From Candidatus Eiseniibacteriota bacterium (GTDB taxonomy: Bacteria; Eisenbacteria; RBG-16-71-46): a stretch of 64,000 nucleotides of DNA. The position numbers and the translations under genes were made by a program. Positions 10,095-24,989 of the stretch are shown here, piece by piece. The number at the start of each line of letters is the position of its first letter. Within the stretch, counting starts at the first letter, position 1. Where the stretch lies: contig JBGAOA010000009.1 of the NCBI GenBank assembly GCA_044222065.1, positions 14,061-78,060 of the forward strand. The letters run 5' to 3'. Below the pieces are notes generated by a model, which did not search any database, was not told the origin of the DNA, and saw nothing but the letters and a program-made list of their open reading frames with translations.

Positions 10095-10937
10095 TCAGCG
10101 GATGACGCGTCCGGCGGCCTGCAGCGCGATCGTCGCGTCGCGCGTGATGCGGGCGCCGGCGGGCGGGTCCTGCGACACGATCGCGCCGACGTTCGGCGCG
10201 GACGGCGGAACGAGCACGCGGAAGCCGAGCGATTCGAGCTGGCGCCGCACGCCGCCGATCTCGCGCCCGACGACGTCGGGCATGACGAACACGTCCGGGC
10301 CGCTGCCCGAGGAGACGAGCAGCCCGACCGGCGTGTCGCGCGGAAGCACCATTTCGGCCGACGGATCGGAGGCGACGACGAGTCCGTCGCCGACCTCGTC
10401 GCTCGGCGCGCGCGTGATGCCGCCGACGCGCAGGCCCGCGCGTTCGAGCAGCAGCCGCGCGCCGCGCAGCGATTCGCCGTACAGCTCGGGCACGCTCGAG
10501 AATTCCTCGCCGAGGCTCACGATCACGGTCACGCGGCGCTTGCCGCGCACGGGCGTCTCGGGCGGCGGATCCTGCGACAGCACGAAGCCCCGCGGCACCG
10601 ACGGATCGAAGCGCTCGCCCGCGCGCGAGACGACGAGCCCGAGCGGGCGCAGCTCGCGCTCGGCCTGCTCGAGCGTGAGGTTCGAGAGGTCGGGCACGCG
10701 CACGGCGCCGGCCGAGTGAACGAGCCGCGGCATGACGACGTTGTTGAACACGAACAGCCCGGTGCCGAACGCGGCGAGCGCGAACAGCAGCAGCGCGAAC
10801 AGGCCGGCGAGCCGGTGGCGGCGCGGACGCCGCGGGCGCGGGCGCGGGCCGTCGCCGGCGCCGCGCTCGTCCTCGAGCTCGACGACGATGCCGTCGTCCG
10901 GCGCCTCGCGCCCGTCGGGTTCGCGCGGCTCGCTCAC
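10095..10937 (-). CDS. Membrane-anchored protein with three PASTA domains and no kinase
   Basis: One TM, then VRVPDLSNL, SVPELYGE and VMPDVVGR repeats with SQDP motifs. Confidence 0.88.
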   Translation of the reverse strand: MSEPREPDGREAPDDGIVVELEDERGAGDGPRPRPRRPRRHRLAGLFALLLFALAAFGTGLFVFNNVVMPRLVHSAGAVRVPDLSNLTLEQAERELRPLGLVVSRAGERFDPSVPRGFVLSQDPPPETPVRGKRRVTVIVSLGEEFSSVPELYGESLRGARLLLERAGLRVGGITRAPSDEVGDGLVVASDPSAEMVLPRDTPVGLLVSSGSGPDVFVMPDVVGREIGGVRRQLESLGFRVLVPPSAPNVGAIVSQDPPAGARITRDATIALQAAGRVIR

Positions 10938-12334
10938 GACTTGCGCAATCTCACGGCGAACGCCCCGTCGCAGCCGTGGACGTGCGGCAGCACGAGCATC
11001 GCGCCGTCCTCGCGCACGACGGCCTCGGGCAGCACGCCGCGCGCGGATTCGCGCCGGAACTCGCCGTGCGCGGCGAGGAAGCGCTCGACGACCGCGTCGG
11101 TCTCTTCGGGCTCGAACGTGCACACGCTGTAGACGAGCAGGCCGCCCGGACGCACGCGGCGCGCTCCGGCCTCGAGCAGCTCGAGCTGGACCGGGGGCAG
11201 CTCCTCGAGCGTCGCCGCGTCCTTGCGCCAGCGCGCGTCCGCGCGCCGCCCGAGCACCCCGAGCCCCGAACACGGCGCGTCGACGAGCACGCGGTCGAAC
11301 GGCATCGGGAAGGCGTACGTGCGGCCGTCGCCCTGCACGACGTGAACGCACGTCGTGCCGAGCCGTTCGACCGTGGCGCGCAGCCCCACGACGCGCGCCT
11401 CGGCGCGCTCGAGCGCCCACACCTCGCCGTCGTCGCCGACGAGTTCGGCGAGGTGCGTGCACTTGCCGCCCGGCGCCGCGCACAGGTCGAGCAGCCGCTC
11501 GGACCGCTCGGGCGCGACGAACCGGCCGACGAGCGCCTCGCTCTCGTCCTGCGCGGTGCAGCGCCCGTCGCGGAACGCGGCGAGCGCGAGCGGCGACTCG
11601 CCCGCCTCGAGCCACACGAGGTCCGGCGACAGCGCGGCCGCGCGCGCGCCGACGCCGTCGCGCGCGAGGGCCGCGAGCAGCGCCTCGCGCGTGCCCTTGA
11701 GCGCGTTCACGCGCAAGCCCACGGGCACCGTGCGGTTGTCCGCGAGCAGCAGCGCGCGCGTCGCCTCGACGCCGAAGCGCGCGAGCCAGCGCGACACGAT
11801 CCACTCGGGATGCGAGCCCCACGCCGCGAGCGACGCCGCGTCGTCGCCGGACGGCAGTTCGAGCGCGCCCTTCTCCTCGACGAGCCGGCGCAGCACGCTG
11901 TTGACCAGTCCGGCCGCGCCCGGGTGCGCGTACTTGTGCGCGAGCTTCACCGACTCGTCCACCGCGGCGTGCGCCGGGATGCGGTCGAGGAACACGATCT
12001 GGTAGGCGCCGAGGCGCAGCAGGTTCCGCACCCAGGGCTGCGTCTGCGCGAGCCCGATGTGGATCCGGCGGTCGAGCAGGTGGTCGAGCCGCCCGCGCCA
12101 GCGCAGTGTGCCCTTCACGAGCTCGTGCAGCAGCGCGGTGTCGCGCGGATCGTCGAACGACTGCTCGTGCGCGCTCTCGAGCAGCCGGTCGCTGAACGCG
12201 TTGCGAGTGTCCACGGCCTGCAGGATGCGCAGCGCCGCCTCGCGCGGATTCGTGGGCGCCGCTTCGCGCTCGCGCGCGGAACCGCGGAAGCGGCGGCCGG
12301 CGCCGCGCCGCGGGCCGCCCGGACGCGGCTTCAC
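10934..12334 (-). CDS. rsmB: 16S rRNA m5C967 methyltransferase
   Basis: NusB-like N-terminus, DLCAAPGGK, LVDAPCSGLG, YSVCT. Confidence 0.95.
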   Translation of the reverse strand: MKPRPGGPRRGAGRRFRGSAREREAAPTNPREAALRILQAVDTRNAFSDRLLESAHEQSFDDPRDTALLHELVKGTLRWRGRLDHLLDRRIHIGLAQTQPWVRNLLRLGAYQIVFLDRIPAHAAVDESVKLAHKYAHPGAAGLVNSVLRRLVEEKGALELPSGDDAASLAAWGSHPEWIVSRWLARFGVEATRALLLADNRTVPVGLRVNALKGTREALLAALARDGVGARAAALSPDLVWLEAGESPLALAAFRDGRCTAQDESEALVGRFVAPERSERLLDLCAAPGGKCTHLAELVGDDGEVWALERAEARVVGLRATVERLGTTCVHVVQGDGRTYAFPMPFDRVLVDAPCSGLGVLGRRADARWRKDAATLEELPPVQLELLEAGARRVRPGGLLVYSVCTFEPEETDAVVERFLAAHGEFRRESARGVLPEAVVREDGAMLVLPHVHGCDGAFAVRLRKS

Positions 12335-13293
12335 GCGCCCTCCGCGGCGGGCGCGAACGCGAGCGATTCGCCGGGCTCGAGCCGGGCGCCGCGCGCCCAC
12401 TCGGTCGCGTCGAGTTCCGTGCGGCCCTCGGGCTTCACGCGCAGCACGAGCAGCGCGCCCGGATCGCACGCGACCGCGACGCCCTCGGGCGTCACGGCCA
12501 GCACCTCGCCCGGCGCGCGCGCGACGCCGAGTTCGTGGTGCGGCCACGCACGCGTCACGATCAGGCGCTTGCCGCGGTGAGACGCCGTCGCGCCGGGCCA
12601 CGGCGTCACGGCGCGCACGCGGTTCCAGGTCGCGATCGCGCCCGCGCGCCAGTCGAGCGCGCCGTCGAGCTTGCGCAGCTTGCGCGCGTAGCTGCCGGCG
12701 GCGCGGTCCTGCGGCCGGCGCGGCGCCCGTCCGGCGTGCGCGAGCAGCAGGCTCTCGGCGAGCAGCGGCGCGCCGAGCCGCGCGAGCTTCGCCGCGAGCG
12801 TGCCGGCGTCGTCGCCGGCTTCGATCGGGTGCCAGCGCTGCAGGATGCAGTCGCCCGTGTCGATGCCCTCGTCCATCCACAGCGTCGTCACGCCGGTCGT
12901 CGCACGGCCGTCCCAGAGCGCGCGCTGCACGGGCGAGGCGCCGCGGTAGTCGGGCAGCATCGAGCCGTGCAGATTGATGCATCCGAGGCGCGGTGCGCGG
13001 AGGAGTTCGGGGCTCAGGATCGAGCCGAATGCGACGACCGCGAACAGGTCGGCGCCGAGCGCCGCGAGGCGCGCGCGCACGTCCGCCCCGCGCAGGTCGG
13101 CGGGCTTCTCGACCGGGAGCCCGAGACGCTCGGCTTCGATCGCGACCGCCGAGGCGCCGGTCTTCTGGCCGCGCCCCTTCGGCCGGTCGGGCTGCGTCAC
13201 GACGAGCGCGACGTCGCAGGTCGCGGCGGCGGCCGCGAGCGCGGGCACGGCGAAGTCGGGCGTGCCCATGAAGACGACGCGCGGGCGGGTCAA
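12331..13293 (-). CDS. fmt: Methionyl-tRNA formyltransferase
   Basis: FMGTPDFA, VTQPDRPKGRG, INLHGSMLPDYRGASP. Confidence 0.97.
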   Translation of the reverse strand: MTRPRVVFMGTPDFAVPALAAAAATCDVALVVTQPDRPKGRGQKTGASAVAIEAERLGLPVEKPADLRGADVRARLAALGADLFAVVAFGSILSPELLRAPRLGCINLHGSMLPDYRGASPVQRALWDGRATTGVTTLWMDEGIDTGDCILQRWHPIEAGDDAGTLAAKLARLGAPLLAESLLLAHAGRAPRRPQDRAAGSYARKLRKLDGALDWRAGAIATWNRVRAVTPWPGATASHRGKRLIVTRAWPHHELGVARAPGEVLAVTPEGVAVACDPGALLVLRVKPEGRTELDATEWARGARLEPGESLAFAPAAEGA

Positions 13294-13847
13294 ATCCGGC
13301 CCTCCGGCCCCGCGCCGGGGTGGTAGCCCTCGGGCAGCTCCCCGCGGGACAGCGATTCGAGCGAGCGCTTGAGGAACTGGCGCTTGAGCGGCGACAGGCG
13401 GTCCACGAACAGCACGCCGTCCAGGTGATCCACCTCGTGCTGGATCGCGCGCGCGAGGTAGCCGTGCGCCTCGAGTTCGTGCGGCTCGCCGCGCTCGTCG
13501 AGATAGCGCACCGTCACGTCGAGCGAACGAGGCACGTCGTCGAAGATCCCCGGGATGGACAGGCAGCCCTCCTCGCCCTGCTCCGAGCCCTCGCGCCCGA
13601 CGATCACGGGATTCACCATCGTGTGCTCGTGATCTGGCTCGCCCTCGACGTCGGCGGGCACGCTCACGACCAGAATGCGCTGCAGCACGCCGACCTGGTT
13701 CGCGGCCAGTCCGACACCCCGGTACGCCTTCATCGTCTCGCGCATGTCGGCCGCGAGTTCGCCGAGCGAGGCGTCGAAGGACGTCACCTCGGCCGCGCGG
13801 GTGCGCAGCACGGGGTCGCCGTAGATGCGGACCGGCCGAACGCTCAC
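13290..13847 (-). CDS. def: Peptide deformylase
   Basis: GVGLAANQ, EGCLS, QHEVDHLDG. Confidence 0.97.
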   Translation of the reverse strand: MSVRPVRIYGDPVLRTRAAEVTSFDASLGELAADMRETMKAYRGVGLAANQVGVLQRILVVSVPADVEGEPDHEHTMVNPVIVGREGSEQGEEGCLSIPGIFDDVPRSLDVTVRYLDERGEPHELEAHGYLARAIQHEVDHLDGVLFVDRLSPLKRQFLKRSLESLSRGELPEGYHPGAGPEGRI

Positions 13848-14170
13848 TTCGCCGCGTCCGTGACGACCTGGACGATCGCGCTCTTCGCGAACTCGACCTT
13901 GAGGTCGTCGGCGATCTTCAGCACGGCGCGCTGCTCGTCGATCGAGTGCACGATGCCGAAGATGCCGCCGGTCGTGAGCACGCGGTCGCCCTTCTTGAGT
14001 TCCTTGAGCATCGCCTCGGCCTTCTTGCGGCGCTGCTGTTCGGGGCGGATCAGCAGCAGGTAGAGAATCAGGAAGATCGGGACGAATTGCAGCAGCTGGA
14101 GCAGCATCGTGATCGTCGGATTGCCCGAGCCTCCGGGTCCGGCGGCTTGCGCGAACGCGTCAGTCCACAT
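13844..14170 (-). CDS. yajC: Preprotein translocase subunit YajC
   Basis: YLLLIRPEQQRRKK, LKKGDRVLTTGGIFG. Confidence 0.95.
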   Translation of the reverse strand: MWTDAFAQAAGPGGSGNPTITMLLQLLQFVPIFLILYLLLIRPEQQRRKKAEAMLKELKKGDRVLTTGGIFGIVHSIDEQRAVLKIADDLKVEFAKSAIVQVVTDAAK

Positions 14171-14203
14171 GCGTGATCTCTCCCTGGGGCGCCGCGCGAG
14201 CGG

Positions 14204-18031
<3,828 letters not shown>

Positions 18032-18036
18032 TCCGC

Positions 18037-18066
18037 TTGACCCGGATCGGAGCCGGTTCCTAGAGT
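18037..18066 (+). promoter_or_regulatory. Putative sigma70 promoter for the acpS-accC-BCCP-mutase-mce operon
   Basis: TTGACC-N18-TAGAGT, with the same hexamers as the tgt promoter. Confidence 0.6.
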
Positions 18067-18113
18067 CCGCTCGATTCCGTCCGCCCGCCCACCTGGCGTC
18101 TCCCGGAGGTCGA

Positions 18114-18487
18114 GTGCCCGTCCGCGGCATCGGTGTCGACGTGGTCCAGATCCAGCGCATCGTCGCCTCGCTCGAACGCTTCGGCGAACGTTTCGAGCGG
18201 CGCATCTTCACCGACGCCGAGCTCGAATACTGCCGCCGCCACGCCGATCCGCTGCCGCATCTCGCGGCGCGCTTCGCGGCCAAGGAGGCGGCGTCCAAGG
18301 CGATCGGCACCGGCATGAGCCACGGCATCGGCTTCAAGCTGTTCGAGGTGATCCAGCCGGGCGGACACCAGCCCCGGCTCGACTTCCACGGCGCGGCGAA
18401 GGAGCGTTTCGACGCGCTCGGCTGCAGCGGCTCGCACCTCTCGCTCACGCACGACGGCGGCGTCGCGATCGCCTGCGTGGTGCTCGA

Positions 18488-18491
<4 letters not shown>
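18114..18491 (+). CDS. acpS: Holo-ACP synthase
   Basis: GIGVDVV, LAARFAAKEAASKAIGTG, LSLTHD. Confidence 0.95.
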
Positions 18492-19983
<1,492 letters not shown>

Positions 19984-19987
<4 letters not shown>

Positions 19988-20502
19988 GCCGCTTCTGGGT
20001 CACGCTCGAGGGCCGCGACGCCGAGGTCGGGTTCCGCACCGAGAACGAGCGGCTCGTGATCGAACTCGAGGGCCGCACGCTCGAGGCCGACTTCCTGCGC
20101 CTTCCGGACGGCGAGGTGTACTCGCTGCTCGTCAACGGACGGTCGTACGAAGTGCGCGTGAGCGACACGCCGAACGGCGTGGACGTCGCGCTCCTGTCCA
20201 CGAACATCCCGGTCGAGGTGCGCCACCCGCTCGAGAAGCTGCTCCAGTCCACGGCCGGCGCGCGCGCGGGCTCGGGGGGCGAGACGGTGTCGGCGCCGAT
20301 GCCGGGCGTCGTCGTCGCGCTGCGCGTCGCGGTCGGCGACACGGTCGAGGCGGGCCAGACGGTCGCGATCGTCGAGGCCATGAAGATGCAGAACGAACTC
20401 GCCGCGCGCTCGGGCGGCGTCGTGAGCGAGGTCCTCGTCGGCGAGCGCACGTCGGTCGCCGCCGGGCAGCCGCTCGTGAAGCTCAAGGCGGCGGGCGCGT
20501 GA
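19984..20502 (+). CDS. Biotin carboxyl carrier protein with N-terminal beta-rich extension
   Basis: ATGA-coupled; SAPMPG and biotinylation motif EAMKMQNE. Confidence 0.92.
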
Positions 20503-22109
20503 CGCCTCCGCGCGAGAAGCCCGCGGAATCGCCGCCGCGCCTCACGCCGTCGTGGATCCCGGTGCGTCCCGTGTACGGGCGCGACGACCTGCCGCGCGAT
20601 CTCGAGCGGCGCGCGCCGCGTCCCGGCGACCCGCCGTACACGCGCGGCATCCATCCCACGATGTACCGCTCGCGGCTCTGGACGATGCGCCAGTACGCGG
20701 GCTTCGGCTCCGCCGCGCAGACGAACGAACGCTTCCGTTACCTGCTCGAGCAGGGCCAGACCGGACTGTCGGTCGCGTTCGACCTGCCGACCCAGATGGG
20801 CTACGACAGCGACCACGTGCTCGCGCGCGGCGAGGTCGGCAAGGTCGGCGTCGCGATCTCGTGCCTCGCCGACATGGAGACGCTGCTCGACGGGCTGCCG
20901 CTCGACCGCGTGACGACCTCGATGACGATCAACGCCACGGCGCCGCTGCTGCTGGCGTTCTACGTCGCGGTCGCCGACGCGCGCGGCATCGCGCGCGGCA
21001 CGCTCGGCGGCACGGTGCAGAACGACGTGCTGAAGGAATACATCGCGCGCGGCACGTACATCTATCCGCCCGAGCCGAGCCTGCGGCTCATCACGGACGT
21101 GTTCGAGTTCACCGCCGACGAAGTGCCGCAGTGGAACGCGATCTCGGTGAGCGGCTACCACATGCGCGAAGCGGGCTCGACGGCGGTGCAGGAGATCGCG
21201 TTCACGCTCGCCGACGGGCTCGCGTACCTCGAGGCGGCGAAGCGGCGCGGGCTCGACGTCGAACGCATCGCGCGGCGCACCTCGTTCTTCTTCAACGCGC
21301 ACAACCACCTGTTCGAGGAGGTCGCGAAGTTCCGCGCCGCGCGCCGGCTGTGGGCGCTCCTGCTGCGGGAGCGCTTCGGCGTGAAGGAGCCCGAGGCGCT
21401 GAAGCTGCGCTTCCACACCCAGACCGCGGGCTCGATGCTCACCGCCCAGCAGCCGCTCAACAACGTCGTGCGCGTCGCGGTGCAGGCGCTCGCGGCCGTG
21501 CTCGGCGGCACGCAGTCCCTGCACACGAATTCGTTCGACGAAGCGCTCGGACTGCCGGGCCGGGATTCGGCGCGGCTCGCGCTCCGCACGCAGCAGGTGC
21601 TCGCGCACGAGAGCGGCGTCACGGACGCGGCCGATCCGCTCGCGGGCAGCTACTGGGTCGAGTCGCTCACGGCGCAGCTCGAGGACGGCGCGCGCGCGCT
21701 GCTCGCCGAGATCGACCGCCAGGGCGGCATGCTCGAGGCGATCCGCACCGGCTGGGTGCAGCAGCGCATCCACGAGGCCGCGTACCGCTGGCAGCGCGAG
21801 GTCGAGTCGGGCGAGCGCACGATCGTCGGCGTGAACCGCTACACGGACGACACGCCGGCCTCGGCGCCGCCGTTCCGTCCCGATCCGGCCGTCGAGCGCG
21901 AGCGCGCGGCGTTCCTCGCCGCGTGGCGCAGCGAGCGGAGCGCGTTCCACACCGCCGCGGCGGTGAAGCGCCTCGAACAGGCGGCGCGCGGCGACGACAA
22001 CCTGATGCCGCCGATCCTCGACGCGCTGAAGGCGCACGCGACGCTCGGCGAAGTGTGCGACGCGCTGCGCCGCGTGTTCGGCACCTACCAGCCGGGGCAC
22101 GCGCTGTGA
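20499..22109 (+). CDS. Methylmalonyl-CoA mutase, large (catalytic) subunit without B12-binding domain
   Basis: [20 protein letters not shown] (Tyr), [14 protein letters not shown] (Arg), [21 protein letters not shown]. Confidence 0.92.
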   Translation: MTPPREKPAESPPRLTPSWIPVRPVYGRDDLPRDLERRAPRPGDPPYTRGIHPTMYRSRLWTMRQYAGFGSAAQTNERFRYLLEQGQTGLSVAFDLPTQMGYDSDHVLARGEVGKVGVAISCLADMETLLDGLPLDRVTTSMTINATAPLLLAFYVAVADARGIARGTLGGTVQNDVLKEYIARGTYIYPPEPSLRLITDVFEFTADEVPQWNAISVSGYHMREAGSTAVQEIAFTLADGLAYLEAAKRRGLDVERIARRTSFFFNAHNHLFEEVAKFRAARRLWALLLRERFGVKEPEALKLRFHTQTAGSMLTAQQPLNNVVRVAVQALAAVLGGTQSLHTNSFDEALGLPGRDSARLALRTQQVLAHESGVTDAADPLAGSYWVESLTAQLEDGARALLAEIDRQGGMLEAIRTGWVQQRIHEAAYRWQREVESGERTIVGVNRYTDDTPASAPPFRPDPAVERERAAFLAAWRSERSAFHTAAAVKRLEQAARGDDNLMPPILDALKAHATLGEVCDALRRVFGTYQPGHAL

Positions 22110-22564
22110 GCGCGGCCGGGAACCCCGAGCCGGGAGGCGGCGGCGTGCGCGCGCTGTCGCACGTCGCGATCGCGACGCGCGAAGCCGACGCGCTCGCGGC
22201 CCGGCTCGAGGCGGCGTTCGGAGCGGCGCGCGGCGGCGAGGAGATCCTGGACGGCGGCACGTTGCGCGTCGTGTTCGTGCACGCGGGTCCGGTGACGTTC
22301 GAGCTGCTCGAACCGCGCTCGCCCGAGCACACCGTCGCGCGCTTCCTCGAGACGCGCGGGCCGGGGCTCCATCACGTGAGCCTCGAGGTCGCCGACGTCG
22401 CGCGCACGCTCGCGGACGCCGAGGCGGCCGGCGCCCAGCTCGTCGATCGCGCGCCGCGACCGGGCGCCCACGGTTCGAACGTCGCGTTCCTGCACCCGAA
22501 GAGCTTCGGCGGCGTGTTGTTCGAATTGTGCCGCCCTGCGTCGCCGGACGAGCTCGCGCGCTAG
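22106..22564 (+). CDS. mce: Methylmalonyl-CoA epimerase (VOC fold)
   Basis: [32 protein letters not shown]. Confidence 0.92.
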   Translation: MSAAGNPEPGGGGVRALSHVAIATREADALAARLEAAFGAARGGEEILDGGTLRVVFVHAGPVTFELLEPRSPEHTVARFLETRGPGLHHVSLEVADVARTLADAEAAGAQLVDRAPRPGAHGSNVAFLHPKSFGGVLFELCRPASPDELAR

Positions 22565-22825
22565 GTTCGCCCGCTGCCCCCCACGCCGGGCACGCGCGGA
22601 ATCCGGTCCGCCGGAATTCGCGCGCCGCGGCCGCGCTCGACCAGGGGATTCCCGACCGCGCGCGCTCGGGCGCCGCGGGAGGCCGGCCGGGCTAGGGTCC
22701 GGGGACCCGGGCCGTCCGATTTCCCGCGGGCGACGGGCGCGCTACACTTTTCGCCGCCCGGCCGCCCTGCACACGCTCCCGGTCGCCCGACCGGCCGCAC
22801 ACTTCCTCCTGGGACGCCTCCGAAC

Positions 22826-24508
22826 ATGCTCCGTTTCCCCCGCTGCCTCCGGCACGCCGCGCTGTGCGCGCTGCCGTGCCTCGTCGCGCTCACGCCTCCC
22901 GCCGCGCACGCGATCCTCCTGCCCTCGGGCTTCTCCGACTCGACGCTGCCGTTCTCGTTCTCGTTCCCGACGGATCTCGCGTTCCTGCCCGACGGCCGCA
23001 TGGTCGTTGCCGAGAAGCGCGGACAAGTCTGGATCGTGGACGCCGCCGGCGCGGGCCGCACGCTGCTCTGGGACGGACAGAACGAGGTGCTCAACAACGC
23101 CGAGGTCGGGCTGATGGGCGTGACCGTGCACCCCGACTTTGCGAACCACCCCTGGCTCTTCCTGCTCTACACCTGCGATCCCGACTCGGGCACCGGCGGC
23201 CAGGACACGCGCACGTACAGCTGGGGCCGGCTGACGCGCTACACGTTCACCTCGCCGAGCGCGAACACGCTCAGCGCCGCCTCGCGCACCGTGCTGATCG
23301 GAAAGTCGTGGGCCGACGGCTGGGTCAACACGACCGGTCACCACCACGTGGACGATCTCGCGTGGGGACGCGACGGCACGCTGTTCGTGTCGGCGGGCGA
23401 CGGCTCGACGTTCGAGTTCCCCGACGCGGGCGGCGAGTTCCCCGAGCCGTTCGCAGCCGGGCGCTTCCCGGCGAGCGAGGACATCGGCGCGTTCCGCGCG
23501 CAGAACATCTCGAGCCTGAGCGGCAAGGTGCTCCGAATCGACCCCGCGACCGGGCTCGGCCTGTCGAGCAATCCCTACTGGGACGGCAACGGCGGCTCGG
23601 TCCGCTCGCGCGTCTGGGGGTACGGCTTCCGCAATCCCTACCGCCTCGCGTTCAAGCCGCTCACCGGCGTGACGGATCCATCGAAGGGCGAGCCGGGCAC
23701 GCTCTACGTGGGCGACGTCGGCTGGGACCGCTGGGAAGAGCTCAGCGTGGCGCAGTACGGCGGCATCAACTTCGGCTGGCCGTGCCGCGAGGGCCTGCAC
23801 ACGGTGCCCGAGTACATCGCGGCGACGCCGCCCACGTTCGGCTGCGCGACGCTCAACACGCCCGCGAATCCCGGGCCGGTCGTGTGGCCCGTGCTCGACT
23901 ACAGCCACACGACTGCGTCGAACAGCTCGCCGCCGGGAACGCTCGGCGACGTGATCATCGGCGGCGTGTTCTACGACGCCTACGCGTATCCGGATCCGTG
24001 GCGGCGCCGCTTCTTCTACGGCGACACCGACTGGGGCTGGATCCGCGCGGTCCAGACGAACGCCGCGGACCAGGTCGTGAACTCCCTCCCGTTCGCCGAC
24101 GAAGTGGACGCGGTCGTGAGCTTCGCCGCGAGTCCGCTCACGGGCGACCTGTGGTACGCGTCGGTGTGGTCGGGCCAGGTGCACCGCATTCGCTACACGG
24201 GCACGCTCGACGCGGGCGAGCCGGCGCCGCCGGCGTTCGCGCTCTCGGCCGCGCGGCCGAACCCGACGCGCGCGGGCATCCGCCTCGCGGTCGCGCTGCC
24301 GTCCGCCGCCGACGTGGCGCTCGCGATCGTCGATCCGCAGGGCCGCAGCGTGTGGTCCGGCGCCTCGGAACGCCACGGCGCGGGCGACGTGCGCCTCGAG
24401 TGGAACGGTCTCGACCGCGACGGCGCGCCGGTTCCGCCGGGGCTCTACTTCGCGCGCGTCACCGTGGACCGCGTCGCGCGCGCTCGCCGCTTCGCCGTCG
24501 TGCGCTGA
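22826..24508 (+). CDS. Secreted PQQ-dependent glucose/sorbosone dehydrogenase-like protein with C-terminal FlgD-Ig-like domain
   Basis: Signal peptide, LAFLPDGR, GKVLRIDP, YGFRNPYR, VGDVG, NFGWP; C-terminal PNP...WNGLDRDGAPVPPGLYFARV. Confidence 0.88.
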   Translation: MLRFPRCLRHAALCALPCLVALTPPAAHAILLPSGFSDSTLPFSFSFPTDLAFLPDGRMVVAEKRGQVWIVDAAGAGRTLLWDGQNEVLNNAEVGLMGVTVHPDFANHPWLFLLYTCDPDSGTGGQDTRTYSWGRLTRYTFTSPSANTLSAASRTVLIGKSWADGWVNTTGHHHVDDLAWGRDGTLFVSAGDGSTFEFPDAGGEFPEPFAAGRFPASEDIGAFRAQNISSLSGKVLRIDPATGLGLSSNPYWDGNGGSVRSRVWGYGFRNPYRLAFKPLTGVTDPSKGEPGTLYVGDVGWDRWEELSVAQYGGINFGWPCREGLHTVPEYIAATPPTFGCATLNTPANPGPVVWPVLDYSHTTASNSSPPGTLGDVIIGGVFYDAYAYPDPWRRRFFYGDTDWGWIRAVQTNAADQVVNSLPFADEVDAVVSFAASPLTGDLWYASVWSGQVHRIRYTGTLDAGEPAPPAFALSAARPNPTRAGIRLAVALPSAADVALAIVDPQGRSVWSGASERHGAGDVRLEWNGLDRDGAPVPPGLYFARVTVDRVARARRFAVVR

Positions 24509-24513
24509 GGTTT

Positions 24514-24537
24514 CGGGGCCGTCCGCGAGCGGCCCCG
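24514..24537. terminator. GC hairpin after the dehydrogenase gene
   Basis: 8-bp stem CGGGGCCG/CGGCCCCG immediately after the stop; no U-tract on the plus strand. Confidence 0.4.
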
Positions 24538-24583
24538 GCGAGGAACCGGCGCGGATCCCGGGCGAGGTCCGACACGTTCCAGC

Positions 24584-24612
24584 TTGGCGGAAATCGTTTC
24601 CGATCGTAGGCT
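24584..24612 (+). promoter_or_regulatory. Putative sigma70 promoter with an inverted repeat in its spacer
   Basis: TTGGCG-N17-TAGGCT; CGGAAA-TCG-TTTCCG at 24588-24602. Confidence 0.45.
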
Positions 24613-24706
24613 GAGATCGTCGTATGGATCTCCCTAGCGTCCCCGGCGTCGCTTCGTTCCCTCGCGCACCGTCTCCGGGACGTCCCCCCAGGGTCAGGAA
24701 TCCCCC

Positions 24707-24973
24707 ATGCACATCCTCGGGTCCATCGTCGTCGGCCTCATCGCCGGGGCGCTCGCGAAGTTCATCATGCCGGGCAAGGACCCGGGCGGCGTCCTCATCA
24801 CCATCGGTCTCGGCATCGCGGGCGCGGTCGTCGCGAACTTCGTCGGCGGCGCGCTCGGCTGGTACGGCGGCGGCAGGACGGCCGGCGTGTTCGGCTCGAC
24901 GATCGGAGCGCTGCTGCTGCTCGCCGCCTATCGCATGATGGCGACCGGGCGCGACGAGACGAAGAGCAGCTGA
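24707..24973 (+). CDS. GlsB/YeaQ/YmgE family small membrane protein
   Basis: IVVGLIAGALAKFIMPGKDPGG..TIGLGIAGA. Confidence 0.9.
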   Translation: MHILGSIVVGLIAGALAKFIMPGKDPGGVLITIGLGIAGAVVANFVGGALGWYGGGRTAGVFGSTIGALLLLAAYRMMATGRDETKSS

Positions 24974-24989
24974 CGCGCCGCGGCGCGAA

